Shown here: positions 49,801-62,510 of the stretch, piece by piece
How positions within the stretch are numbered: the stretch's first letter is position 1
How the letters are laid out: every line of letters begins with the position of its first letter
Origin: Balanoglossus misakiensis
Taxonomy: Eukaryota; Animalia; Hemichordata
Direction of reading: 5' to 3'
Assembly (NCBI GenBank): GCA_040954595.2
Contig: CM082596.2
Span: forward strand, 3,090,656-3,154,655
DNA length: 64,000 nucleotides
Made by a program: the position numbers and the translations under genes
Notes under the pieces: model-generated
Databases searched by the model: none
What the model saw: the letters and a program-made list of their open reading frames with translations, nothing else
What the model was told of the DNA's origin: nothing

Positions 49801-52800
49801 ATTTAACCTCGCGGGTCATGTGAGGTCAAATCTCCATATGATGAATGATAACCCTTGACAGAAAGCTACAGTGTTCCAGCTGTTTACACACACTGTCACT
49901 ATCACTCGGGGCTAGCTTCGATTCTCCGTTAAAAAACAAGAAAGAGTTTATCATCTGCTCTAAGGAATGTGCCATTTGATATCTTAGGAGAGGGCTAGGG
50001 GATTTATATATTCGCCCGTTAGATGATGGGTTAGATAAATTTAAACACATTTAAACAACCCCGCAATGTCAAATGGTTCAGATTGACGCCCTTACACTTT
50101 GGCACTTCGCCATGCACTGTAATGTAATCAACGTTTTCAATATTTTATTCCCCCAAATCAAGAAAAGTGGCCATCAAGATGGAGTCAAATATCTGAAATG
50201 ACAAATATCATTATGTCAGTGTAAATGAAAAAAATCCCAATAGTCAACTGAAGGTCAGGTTCTATGTAACATGCCGATGTCCTTTTTAAAATATTAACGA
50301 GATATACGAGTTCATGGCGAAGTCATTATCACGTGTAGTGTGGCTAGTTCCATTTGATGAATCAACTTTGCTCAGTTGAGCACTGCATAAACTTGCCGCT
50401 CTCCAACAAAATGGCTTCCTGAACCTTGGCTGAGTCTGACCTGGCCTCTCTCTGTCTCCCTGTTAGTCTGCTTGCTGGCTGTAAACATTGATCCTAATGG
50501 ATTCATTTGAATAGAGAGAAATGTCCCGATAGTACAGTGTTTGATTGAGTCAATGAAAGGCTCGAATTTAGGGATTGCCTCTGTGTGTTTTGTTTGTTTC
50601 CTTGGCTCAAACTGCATGTATCGCAGATCTGCAGAGGAAAAAAGGAATGTCTCCGATAATTTCCTCTCCCCTTGTCCAGAAATACTTGTTGTAAACGCTA
50701 AGTACTTAAGATAATCTGTTCTGACACCGCTTGTGTAGAAGTGGAGAAGGCGTGTGCAAATTGCGTATTTTCCTGATGTATTAACCGGAATGTTGAATGA
50801 TGAAATAGGTTGCGCTCTCAACATATTAGTTTGAACAATAGTACAAGGCGCATGACGCAAATTAAACCACTTTCTTGATAATCATTGTATACAATCAGTC
50901 GGTGCCCTGTTCGATCGCGTGACGTCACTGCCATTAGTAACTCACAATAAGTCTGGCACAGTTTACGCATTTTATCATTAATGTTAGGCTTGGATGTTGT
51001 TTGTCTTTCTGTTATTCATCCAACCGGATGAAATATTGCTGCCTTGTAAAAGCACAGCGACCTGAGCTCGTTTCACATTGACGTGACCTTCAGATGCAAG
51101 GCTTAGAGGGGGTAAGACATCGGAATTATCGTTAATACTGCAACAGAGATAGACAAACTCATTGCGTCCGTCCTGTCCGGTTCAGTGAACTGTCAAATGA
51201 TGAATGTCGTTTAGGTCAGATGGTCTCCTATTCCGGTGGGCCTATGCAGATATCCGTCAAGCTTGTCGGCTGGTCCGATTGTCTGATATTTGTACGACTC
51301 TCTGTGTGTATGTCTGACACTATAAATTAGAAGTAAAGTTACTAGGGTGAACAAGACAAATTGTCAGTGCCTTCACAAGCACCAAGCAGGAATTGTGTTT
51401 CACATTCTTCCACGGACAAGGGTTATGATCTGAGAGGAATTGGCATGATTTCGGGCCGGAGTTCAACGAGACCTCTGAGCTCGGATTCATGTCACCCAGT
51501 TTGACGGGTTTACACGAATGGTCTTACAATGATATTGACGTGTCTAGCCAGCATTTCATCGCTGGCGATGACACACGTCTCTATCTATCTATCACCGTCC
51601 TTTATAGACACTGACTATAGAGGGTATATGTCAGATCTCAATCGCTCCAAGGCCTGAATTGAAATTCTATGACGTCGGTGATTTGCTCACACGGTGGTCT
51701 GCTGTACAATTGTCGAGCGAAATTGTACCTTCATATTATCTTGGGGTTCTCGTGAATTATCGTTACCGACGGAACACTTTGAAATATTGATGATTGGGAA
51801 ATATGTACGCTCACGTATCATGTTATAATTATGTCACCCGTGGTTGCCGTTTCGTAATTAGATGATAATATTCAGATTGGACTTGTGAGGGTTCTGAATA
51901 GTCATCTTAAATTAAATATAATGCACTTACATAATTCTTTATTTGATGAATGGGTCAAGGGAAAAGCAACGAAAAGCGTCGATTGTCATTTTTGTCCTCT
52001 GTATATAAGCTGTTGGGTCTGTTCTAGAAGAAATCCTCTGAGGTTCATTTAGATGTGGCTGTTGGGCTGTGGATGGCAAATCAACTCCTAATAAGATGCG
52101 ATTTGCATGACACAGACTGCTTGGGGAGTTACCGTTGAATTAGCTGTATGGATAAGTTATAGCACGGTCCTGTGATTATAGACAGAGACACACACAAACT
52201 GACCCCCTCTCTCTTGCAAACAGTATACTGCAAATGCGGATTTGAAGAAACCTACTGAATCCGCTTCTTCAGAAACAGTGAATGAACACTCCATCTTTGT
52301 CATGCATAATTAAACAGACCATGTAATATTTAAACTCAACACGCGTTAGCAGAAGTGTATCATAATTGAAGAGAAAAAGCATACTTAACCATATTTTATG
52401 AACATTAAACATTACTGTTGTGAGCATACGGCCTATTAAAGAATTACTAGTTTTAATACACGTGGGGGACAATGTTACATTTGTGAACAGAGAAAAGAGA
52501 ATTACTGAAGCAGTAAGGAGTGCGACTTCATGTTGTTAATATTTCATAGATGTCATCCGCGTAATCATTTGTACCCACAGTGAAGAGAACAGACAAATGC
52601 TGAACTGCCTATAATGTCTTTTTATGACTCGGGTAAAATCTCTAGCACGAAGCGCATAATTCCTGGAATAACTAAATTGTATGGTATCTGTCAGTATTGA
52701 CCAGCTTAGCTATTTGGTATCATTCGGACTCATTCATTTATTACACCTGTGATCGTTTTGATACGCAACACTATGGGACATTCAAGAATAACTCGGGCAG

Positions 52801-55800
52801 AGTAGCCCCTGCACGTATTCTTGCATTGCCATGACAACGAATATCCTCCCCCAAGGACCGTCACGACACCCAACTACGATGATTTGTGGTTTCGCTTTGT
52901 CTGGGCTTTATTTTTCATACCCTGCGTGTATCATAAATTGGCATTTAAACTTTTTGCTATGATTTATTTGACGTGTACAATGTGGACGCATTGAATTGGT
53001 TAACAACAAACTGTTACTCAGTAAACACGATTTAAACTATTTTTGGATAATAATTGTTGACATTGAACATTAACTCCTTTCAAATTACTCATCGGATTTC
53101 ATCAAGCATAGATTTTAATCTCTCAAGATGTCAACAGCTTTACACTTCAATTTTCCCACAAATGTTTCCAGTGGCACCTACTTGTCATCCTGCCCAGCAC
53201 CAAGAACACCTGGTTGGAAGATTTCGCCCGTTAGGCATCACTCACCTTTACGCCACGAATATTCTCAGCATTTGAAGGTAACTAGTGTTTCAGTCGACAA
53301 CAAGGTGTGTCGATTATGGCGTCTACATGTAACTACACACACAGCTGGAGTAGATCACTTCGCAACCAAGAGAACCTGAAGGACACATACATGTAATCAC
53401 TTCCTGGAGGAAAAATACCTCGCCAATGATTGGCGTCTCCGATTATCCAGTATCCCACAGACACTATTCATCTCCTTTAGGATAAAACAATCAATCGTCG
53501 CTCACGGCCATCACTCACGCGATTATATAATGAAAGCCTTAATATATCCGCCGGGGTAATGTAAATGCAGGGTTATTAACTTTAAGCATGGCCACAGTTG
53601 AAGTGCGGGCACCGGCAATATTCTCGTCAAGGCTTAACGCCTGTAAGCAAGGATCGGGTTCTGAAATCCGTGAAAACCATGTACACACTTGTGCTGTTTC
53701 CAAAGCTCACCACAGCTGTTACATTACATTTTCAAACAGTGCATAATGCCACCTATCTTCCAGAACAAATCTTTTATTGGATTACCTGCCATAGGCGTGG
53801 TATGTTTTTTCGATTAGACGTAAATTTGCGCCATTCAACTATTCGGTGTTGCCGCCCCTCGTTGCACTGGTCGTTCCTAGTGCAGAAAACGCTATACCTG
53901 GTCGACTATAAGTTTTCACATCTGACACATGGCGTGCACGATTAGATTAACTTGTCACGACACTGAATAAACGAACATCAAACAGTGAATCGCCGTTTAC
54001 ATTCAGGTCATTAAACGCAGATGTCGTGAAAACGGAGAGATATACAGCTTTCTTTTTTTTCAGCATTACAATATCACCTCACATTTTCACAGATATTTAA
54101 TATAGCGTTGTCTACCGCCATATTTAGCTGTCGTTATGCAACGTCGCTCCTTTGAATTTTAATTAATAGTATGTCGATGGCAGACATAGTACAATTTATT
54201 AGATTTGATTTTTTGGTTTATTAAAAACGCATTCAATTTTGCGTTGCTGAAGTGTTTGTTATCGCGCGGATGTACAGTAAACTTTTCCCCGTTGTTTAAT
54301 AGCAAATGCACAATTGCATCCAAAATAGGCTATTTCTGTGGTCGTGAAGCAGATTTAAGTGGTAGCTTAGTGAATAGACCAGCACACACCGTCGATCGGC
54401 TTGTATGGCGATTTAAATTGCAATCAGTGACTGGTGCCATCTGCCTCATGAAACAACACTAATTAATCATCCACTGATTGCGCCAAATGAAATCTTATAT
54501 AAGACTAGTTTTGCGATAAATATTTTACGTAGGTTTTTTTCTCTCTCTTCAACATGGAAATATATATACATATACACTATATCATTATACAGAATGTTGG
54601 GTCACCGTTCCCTGCTTATCGACCTTACTTGTTCAGTGACGTACAGGTCTTCAGATGGTGCATGTTTACTACGCGCAGCGGTTGCATCGAGCAGTATTGC
54701 CACCGTTGGCTTTAGTGGGACACGTCATATACACGATCTCACAATATGGTCCAGGGGATTTATAATACAAATAATCCATTCGTCATATGCCAATGTCGGT
54801 TATTCTATAAACGATCATTTATATTTGAACACACTTTATCCTGTCGGCGCGTTTCATGTGACGTTTCTACGTTCTGTAGCTGAAGCGTAAGCAATACGGA
54901 AATGACGTGTTTCAAGTCTTCCATATAGATCCGCCTGGGTCACAAAGGGAATTCGCATCAACACACACATTCACCGCTCGCTTTCCCATTTAGATGTCTA
55001 CAAAAGATTATCTTTCTCCGTCACATGTCACATCGACTCTTCCCAGACTGTATGGCACTCAGAAAGACTGGATCACATATAGAAAAATCCAGATTGCATG
55101 GCTGGCTTCGAACGCACATTCCGTTGCTGTGCCAATAGAGCAGGTCCTTTCTGATTTCAAAAAGCACACCGTATGTTAGCAGCTTTAACACTTGCCCCCT
55201 TTGCTTGGCAGACCCCTCCATCAAAGGGTGTCGAAAGTAACATCGACAAACCTCACGAAACAGACAATCGATATGTGATAATATCTACTCTGTTATGACA
55301 GATGCCAACACCTGGGTAAGACAGTTTATAATTATGCATATTGGTACGTCATATCAGACACGTTCCCATGACTGAAAGATTTGTCCTGATACTCGCATCG
55401 ACGTATGATAACATACTTGTATATGCATATCTGTATATTCATAACTTGGTCATCTGGCATATGTTCAACAGGCAGTAATTCCAGCGTACATAACGCCACA
55501 TTTTGCCGTTGAAGTGAATACAGATTACTGACAGGCGGAAGACCCGGGTTTCTCACAATAGATAGCAGATACTGCAAGTACTCTTATTCGTATCACGAAG
55601 CAATTGCCACCCAATTCAGATTTAATGCGCGATACGTGTGCATTAAGCGGAGTTTTAATCAAAAATAACGCGGTCAACGTTATCTTTTCGTTGCCTTTAT
55701 ACACTATGTCAGTATAAAGACTAAAATGTTCGTCTCGCAATGGGAGGAACCCCATCTTGTTGGTACTTCTGGGAGATATCAGGTTGTTTGGTAACCAATG

Positions 55801-56232
55801 GCAACCGAAGCTGTGGATGCTCAACTATATATGCACCGCCTCTAGTTCTGTGCACAATGGGTTTGACGTGATTTCCACTGCGATCATTTTATGGGCTTTT
55901 GTTTGTCGTTGATGCTCCTCCGCATTTCATGGTTTACATGTACTACGATCCGATCTCTTTTACCATATGCAGTAACGCCCAAGGCGAGGATGCGCAGCGT
56001 GTCACGCGTGACGCCATTACGGAATTAGCATGCATATAAACCATGCACTGCAGTATGGATGACAAACAAGTACATCGACTGTTGTGTGCACCAACTGGGA
56101 TGAGAGAAAACAGCGCCAACGGCACTGAGCGTACGACTGACACATTTAAGAGAAGCCTTTTCGATAAAATGTGTTTGAAGAAATTGGTGAAAGGTGTGGT
56201 GTTCATGTTGAGAGTTGTATGTATGTATTGAT

Positions 56233-56340
56233 GAACGAACGAACGAACGAACGAACGAACGAACGAACGAACGAACGAATGAATGAATGAATGAATGAAT
56301 GAATGAATGAATGAATGAATGAATGAATGAATGAATGAAT
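56233..56340. repeat. Compound tetranucleotide microsatellite (GAAC)11(GAAT)16
   Basis: Direct reading; accounts for the HSFI/RSFV repeat ORFs. Confidence 0.95.
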
Positions 56341-59300
56341 GCGTTTTACATTTCTCTGGTCGACTGAGCACGTATTAAAAATACTGCCTGGTGTCGTCGA
56401 GGTACTTTTTGTCGCTGATGCAAATACAAAATAAGTCATATCAACTAATTGGGTAGGGCGATACAGGACTTGCATTGTTTAGCTTATGTGTTTATTAATA
56501 TACTCGCCCGGATGTGTCAGGTAGGAGCTACCTGGTAATTTCTTTTTTAAGTGAAAATAAACGCACTGACGCAAGTTGCCTTACGGTTACCTCTTTGTGC
56601 CATTGTAATGTGTAAATGGAAATATAATGTCAAACATTTGTCTTACCGGTGAGGGACGGTGTCCACGGGGAGTACACACGTAATCAGTTGATATAGTGAT
56701 GCGTTTCTGCACGCAACGGTGGTTGTGGTGAAAATGTGTCGGCAGTGCTGTTCTTTTCGCGCACGGTCGTCAGCATTCACAATCTCGGTATCCGAGACTC
56801 CTAGGCCTCCGGGCCGTACACATAGGCTGCAGCACGTACGTACGCCCGAGTCAATATTCTCCGCTTTTCCGAAAAACTGGGCAGAATTCGACGGGTGAAA
56901 ATTTCAACCACACAAGCGCCAGTCGCTAGTTGGTATTCTGTCGCAAAAGCCGTTTAATCAATCGCCATCAGTGAGTAGCGCATCCGAGTAGGCTACAGTA
57001 TTCGGAAAGATGGTTACGAGGACTCCCTAGGCGGGCGGGAAAAGCAGAAGGCGAGGGGCGAGCTGTTGTTAGAATCTGTATCAACGTACCGCGAGAGATA
57101 TTCCACATGATTGTAATACAGGTTTTCGCGTCCTTCGACAGTCGAGTCACCCCTCCTTCCTACTTATTTATCATGGATTCCGTACTTGATATTAACGACC
57201 CCACTTTTTGAAATACCGTTCGAGCACGCGGAGTGTTTCCCGGGCAACGCTTGTGAATTGTGTGCAAATAAAACTGACATGTTTGTCAAATAATCAGCGA
57301 GGCTATTAATCTTTCTTGGTGTGTTGAAAAAAATCATTTTCAATGAAGCGCTAATGTCTGCAGTTGCAATTTAATCGTACAGTCGTGCACTGTTCAATTG
57401 TACAACATGAGAGCCGTCTTCTTAATCGCCTGGTGCAACATAGCCTTGCATTATCCTCCATTTTCTTGGCTCAGCAAAGGTGAAGCTGGTAAGATGAAGG
57501 CAAGACAAGGCTATGCGCAATCACAGCCTTTTGAGGAACTGTGGCACAATACACATTGTCTTTTTGAGAGGAAAACATACTTCTCGAATCACGTTTTCCA
57601 ATGGAGCAAAATAATTATAATTTATTTTATTTTGAGTCAAATATTCCGAGTTATAACCTGTGCTGTACTCTCCAAAAAGTGATCTTCCCAAGATGTCTAT
57701 CTCTTGTGGACTTGGTGCACACTTGTTGATTGCTTGTTGGTTCATGTTATTGGCCTGTTAATCCTCGAATACCTCAGGAGGGAAGTTTTCAACTACACCA
57801 TCATTTTGGACCACTGAGAAGTGATATTTGACGTTTTGACGCAATTTCGAAGCAATGAGGCCTCGGAGATACATGCTTGTCCCAATTCTACCGCAAGGCT
57901 GCGCTGTGCTATGAAACGGCTATTAACAGAGTATAGAATGCGAGCGGAGCGACAAGACTGTTCAGGAACCAGCCTCGGGTCGTTACTCGACTAACCCATT
58001 GATAGAGGGCGATACATTCATAGTCATGATCAAGTCATGTATTCACAGGCAATGAAATCACTGTCACTCCGGCGAAAAGTACACTTTATTAATAAGTTTT
58101 TATACCTTAATTATAAGCCTGCTGTATTTTATATGTCAATTTGAACCTGTTGCGTTCATATTTTTGTCATCAACGTACGTAAGATAGCAAGATACGTGGT
58201 GCGGATTTTTGAGGCGTGTTTTCGCGCTGTCAGATTCCGTTAGGGACTATGACACAGGTAAACTGTCATCACCCGAAATAGAGAATCATACTGTATTCGT
58301 ATTTCTTATAGCCAAGAACTTTACCTCGACCGACTCTGGCCGCTGGACAAACGTCGCCCTCTATAGTTCGATATGCATGCCATGGTTATCACGTTGATAG
58401 CGGCAACATCACAGATTTAATCGTTAAAATATATCCCGTTTTGTGTTCTCAAATATTAAAACATAGACGACGCAAGATTTAATTTGATTCACCACAAAAC
58501 AACATTAGTTAGGTTGACTATTTCACAACTTCTTGATCGACCTTATTGGTACAACATGGTCGCAATTGTAAGCAATTCAAAGTGATACTAGCGCATTGCA
58601 TTATCCAAATGATATGATGCGTGAAATATCAGTACAGGTGCCTAACAAAACGATGAAAATTAAAAAGAAAACGAAACTGATACATCGGCTTGGTGGAAAG
58701 TGAAACTTTATGACTTATAAATGGGAATAAATGTTTTCCGCGAGTCGCCAAGGGGGCACAATAAGTCTTGAGATATTTTTGGTTATTTTAAGTGATGAAG
58801 AATTTTTCAAAGGATTACAAAATGGACTTAAGCACCAAACTGAAACAAGTGGTGTTAATTAGTGACTGTAAAAGCCCAATAGATTAGCCCTAAAAGAAAA
58901 TTTACATGCAAATTCGGCAGAGTCAGTCTGACTTATTCCCTATAGACGCCATCTTGTTCCGAGGAATACTAAACTGCCTTTTTATCCGGTGATCTCTCAA
59001 ATGAGAAATCTGAAGGTGAATAGGTTTGATTACTAACATCAGCATAAACAGCAGTTTCTCAGTGGCAGCTTTTTATCGATACGAGTTTTCAACGATGGGC
59101 CTAACAATGCAAACATGAATGAGTATGAATGGATGGAGGCTTTCCAATCGAACAATACAAAAGCTCAATCAAGAACAGCCGAACAATAGACTTCATCATC
59201 TCTTCTTAGGCGAAACAGGGCCCATAACCTTCAAATTTTATGTGGTAACCTGTAAAAGAGATACCGATTTTCAAGTTCCACGCGGAAATTTGCATTAGCA

Positions 59301-62300
59301 TTGCAAGGCTTGTCGCTAAGGCCCGTGACCAGCAGATGCAGATGACAATGTGTGAGATGATGATGAGAGAGAAACCATGTTCATATGTCCCATATAGCAC
59401 GCCCCCAGCGTTTACTACAATGTAAACATTAATTTTTATCAAGATGGCGGATGCTGGGGTTGCTGTCAATTTGGCGATGTGAAATTTATTTGGTTTTCTT
59501 CCGAAAATGAAGTGCAAAGGCTTCTGAAAATGTACACAAGGAAGACAATGCCCCAGCTGATCCACCGGTAAGTTTTTTCTCTCTCGCCTTCCTCTCTACC
59601 GTGTATGAAGTTCACCTGTTTCGCCGGCTCCTATTCAAATCTGACAAAAGGGTATATGTCAAAATGAGGTCGTGCGATATGAAAGATCGCAACTTGCAGC
59701 GAAAAGGCACTTTTTCATGAAGCGAAAGATGAAAGCTAACACTCCATACATGTTTATAGAGTACCACGATGTTAGCGCACCGTCTGGTTGTCCTAATTTG
59801 TATGAACGCGTGTTTTTTTTTTTATTTTTTAAGCAAAATATTCTTCTAATTCTGGGGCTTTCTGGTTCAGCTGCGTCGCTATAATAATTGCCCTTTCAGC
59901 GTTGCCTTTGCAGCCATTTGCAAGAAAATTAAATTATGCGTTTGAAATATAGTCTTCTCGCACAAGCGTATTAGAGGCGCAAATTATACGCCAATGCAAC
60001 GCTTGTTTCCTCCGATACTAAATACAGTTTGGTGCGCGCTTCTGATGAGCAATCTGAGCGAGGCCTCAGTGGACTTCGGCTGTATCATAAATAAATACCA
60101 GCCAGAGAATTTTTGAAATTCTTTCGAATTTTACACTTGTATGATATAGTGCTATAGGCTTTGAAGTGGCCAAGGGTTGCGATGTGCTCATTTACTGTCC
60201 GTAAAGAAAGAAGTTGCATCATTACTTCACGTTATGTAAATATTCTTGCAGAGCTTTCCTGGTGTGCTAACAGCAAAGCCTTGTTGTAAGTTTCACAAGT
60301 ATGCAATTGCCTTTTTTGACCAAGAGAAATAAATCATTTAAACATGTTGCAATGAACTCACAGTTGACATAAATATTTTTAAATGAGGTCAGTATATTTT
60401 ATTGAACATTTTTCTGCCTAAGATCATTATTAACAGGTGTACAATTTAAGTAAAATTAAAAATAAAAGTTTATTTTATAAACTTGAACAGTATGTACAGC
60501 TTTAACTGATGTGTGAAATGTATTAGAAAATACATTGTATATAAATTTATGTCTATTTCAGACACACTGAAGGTGATATTTATCCATATTTTAAAGTGTA
60601 ATTAAATTTTAAATTAGCTATCATACTCAAAATAATTATTTTCTAAAGAAGTTAAATTTCATATAATAGCTTAGTATAACATGTAAAATAAGACAAAAAA
60701 TAGTAATAACGAAAAAAATGAAAATAAGGTGTCGCTTTTTTCTCAGAGTTGGACATTGATTGATACAGTGCTTTAACATCATTAATATTTCATTTTTCAA
60801 TAATGTGAATTTTTTATAAGAGTTCGAATGTTCCATTATTAAATGTGAATAGTTTTAACTAGGCCAAGGTACTCTCCGGGTGTTCATTTTCATTGTTTTT
60901 CTTTTCTCGTTAGAAAAAAAATGCAGACAAAACCTAATGAATTTAAATTGTATGAAATCCCCATTGAAAAAAAATTCTCTAAATTTAAATGTAAATGTGG
61001 ACTTTCATTGTGTGTTGAGATTCTTTGTTTGCCTGTATTTTAATTTTGTTGAAAACCTGTAACGAGCGAGTGGGGTCCCTATTCACTCTAATTCAAGTGA
61101 CTGTATTTTAATTTTCTATTCTTTTGGGAATATTCAAAGCCTTTCAATTTGACTATATTAAATGTATCACAATAGCTAGCCAATTTCATTATCTACAAAG
61201 CTTCATACATTTAAAATAGTCTACATTTTGTGAAATAAAACGAGTCACAGATGCAGTCACTTTTTATCATTTTTTTCCAGAAAAAGTTGTAATAAACAAA
61301 TTTTGAATTTGAGAAATTTTGCCGAAAATGTCAGTTTTGCTTAAATCATTTCGAGGTGTTGTTTTGGAGACTTTAGAAATTTTGTTGTAATTGCTTTACA
61401 AATAGAGGAAACTCATTCAAATTTTACTCATCAAATGGAATCTTGTCACCCTCTTAATGTGGTCTGAGTGGATCAGTCCCATTGTCCCCACCCCTTCAAT
61501 TGTCCAAGTGTCCCCCACACTGTAAATGGATTAGTCCCATTGTTTCCCCTCCACCACCACTGTACACACACAACATATCAGGGTACAGCTGGCTATACCA
61601 GAACACTTTAAAACATTTCCCCAGTTCTTGAACTTTACCACTAAGATGTCACTACTCGGTGGGAGCACTGTTTAGAGTATCATTCCCTGGAATTCATAGT
61701 CCAGCAGAAATAAAATAAAATTCATGGCCACTGTTAACATTTCACATTCCCCAAATCCGCGGTTTATTTTATCGTAAAATGCGACCGAGTTTTCTGCCGG
61801 GGGAATGGGGAACTTAGGGTGTAGAAAAGAGTGTGATGATTTGCTAAATAAAAGTCACCTCAGAGCCAAAAAAAGTCACTTGAATTTTTATACTACAAGA
61901 GAAAAAGTGATCATGTACTCCGTTGGCAAAACTTTGAAGTTAGATCACATCATACAAGAATTTGTCTTTATATCTGGCTGTGTTTTTCAGCAGAATCTCA
62001 GAAGCCCAATTGAATCTGTGTACCTTCATGTAGGACATTTTTCAGCCAAATCACACAAATGCAAAGTTAGAGCCCGGTGTACGTAAGTCAACCGTCTGAA
62101 ATGTTCCGACATCTTTCACGGAATGCGGCACAGGTAGACATTTAGGAGTTGTATGTCTTCACTTGCTGCCAGTTCGCTGTTGACGTGATTGCCGATTCTA
62201 CTGCAGAAATCCTTCGTGATTGTTTTGGCCGGTTCGAGCAGTGGGCCAATTACTCCTAACCTTCCATTCCTGACTTTGCTGTCATACGGTACTCGGTGTT

Positions 62301-62449
62301 TGCAGTAAACAGCTGTCAAATTCTCTGGTCACTGATACTATTGTATGAGATACACTCTCGTATTGGTAGTCAACAACTCAGGTAATGTAGTTAATACACA
62401 CTTATGTGGGTCATAGCCACTGCAGAAAGCCTCATTAGAATATGCTTTA

Positions 62450-62510
62450 ATTTTTCATTAAGGTAGTATGTGCCTTGAAAATCAAGGCACATACTACCTT
62501 AATGAAAAAT
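62450..62510. repeat. Perfect inverted repeat, 29-bp arms with 3-nt loop
   Basis: ATTTTTCATTAAGGTAGTATGTGCCTTGA-AAA-TCAAGGCACATACTACCTTAATGAAAAAT. Confidence 0.95.

Noticed and set aside
55943-56475. ORFs with HSFI/RSFV repeats
   Set aside because: Translation of the (GAAC)n(GAAT)n microsatellite.
62116-62319. 67-aa minus-strand ORF with protein-like composition
   Set aside because: No recognisable family, ATG start or convincing splice sites.
62458-62480. let-7-like AGGTAGTA in the palindrome arm
   Set aside because: Only 8 nt match the remembered let-7; the rest differs, and a perfect stem with a 3-nt loop is unlike a pre-miRNA.
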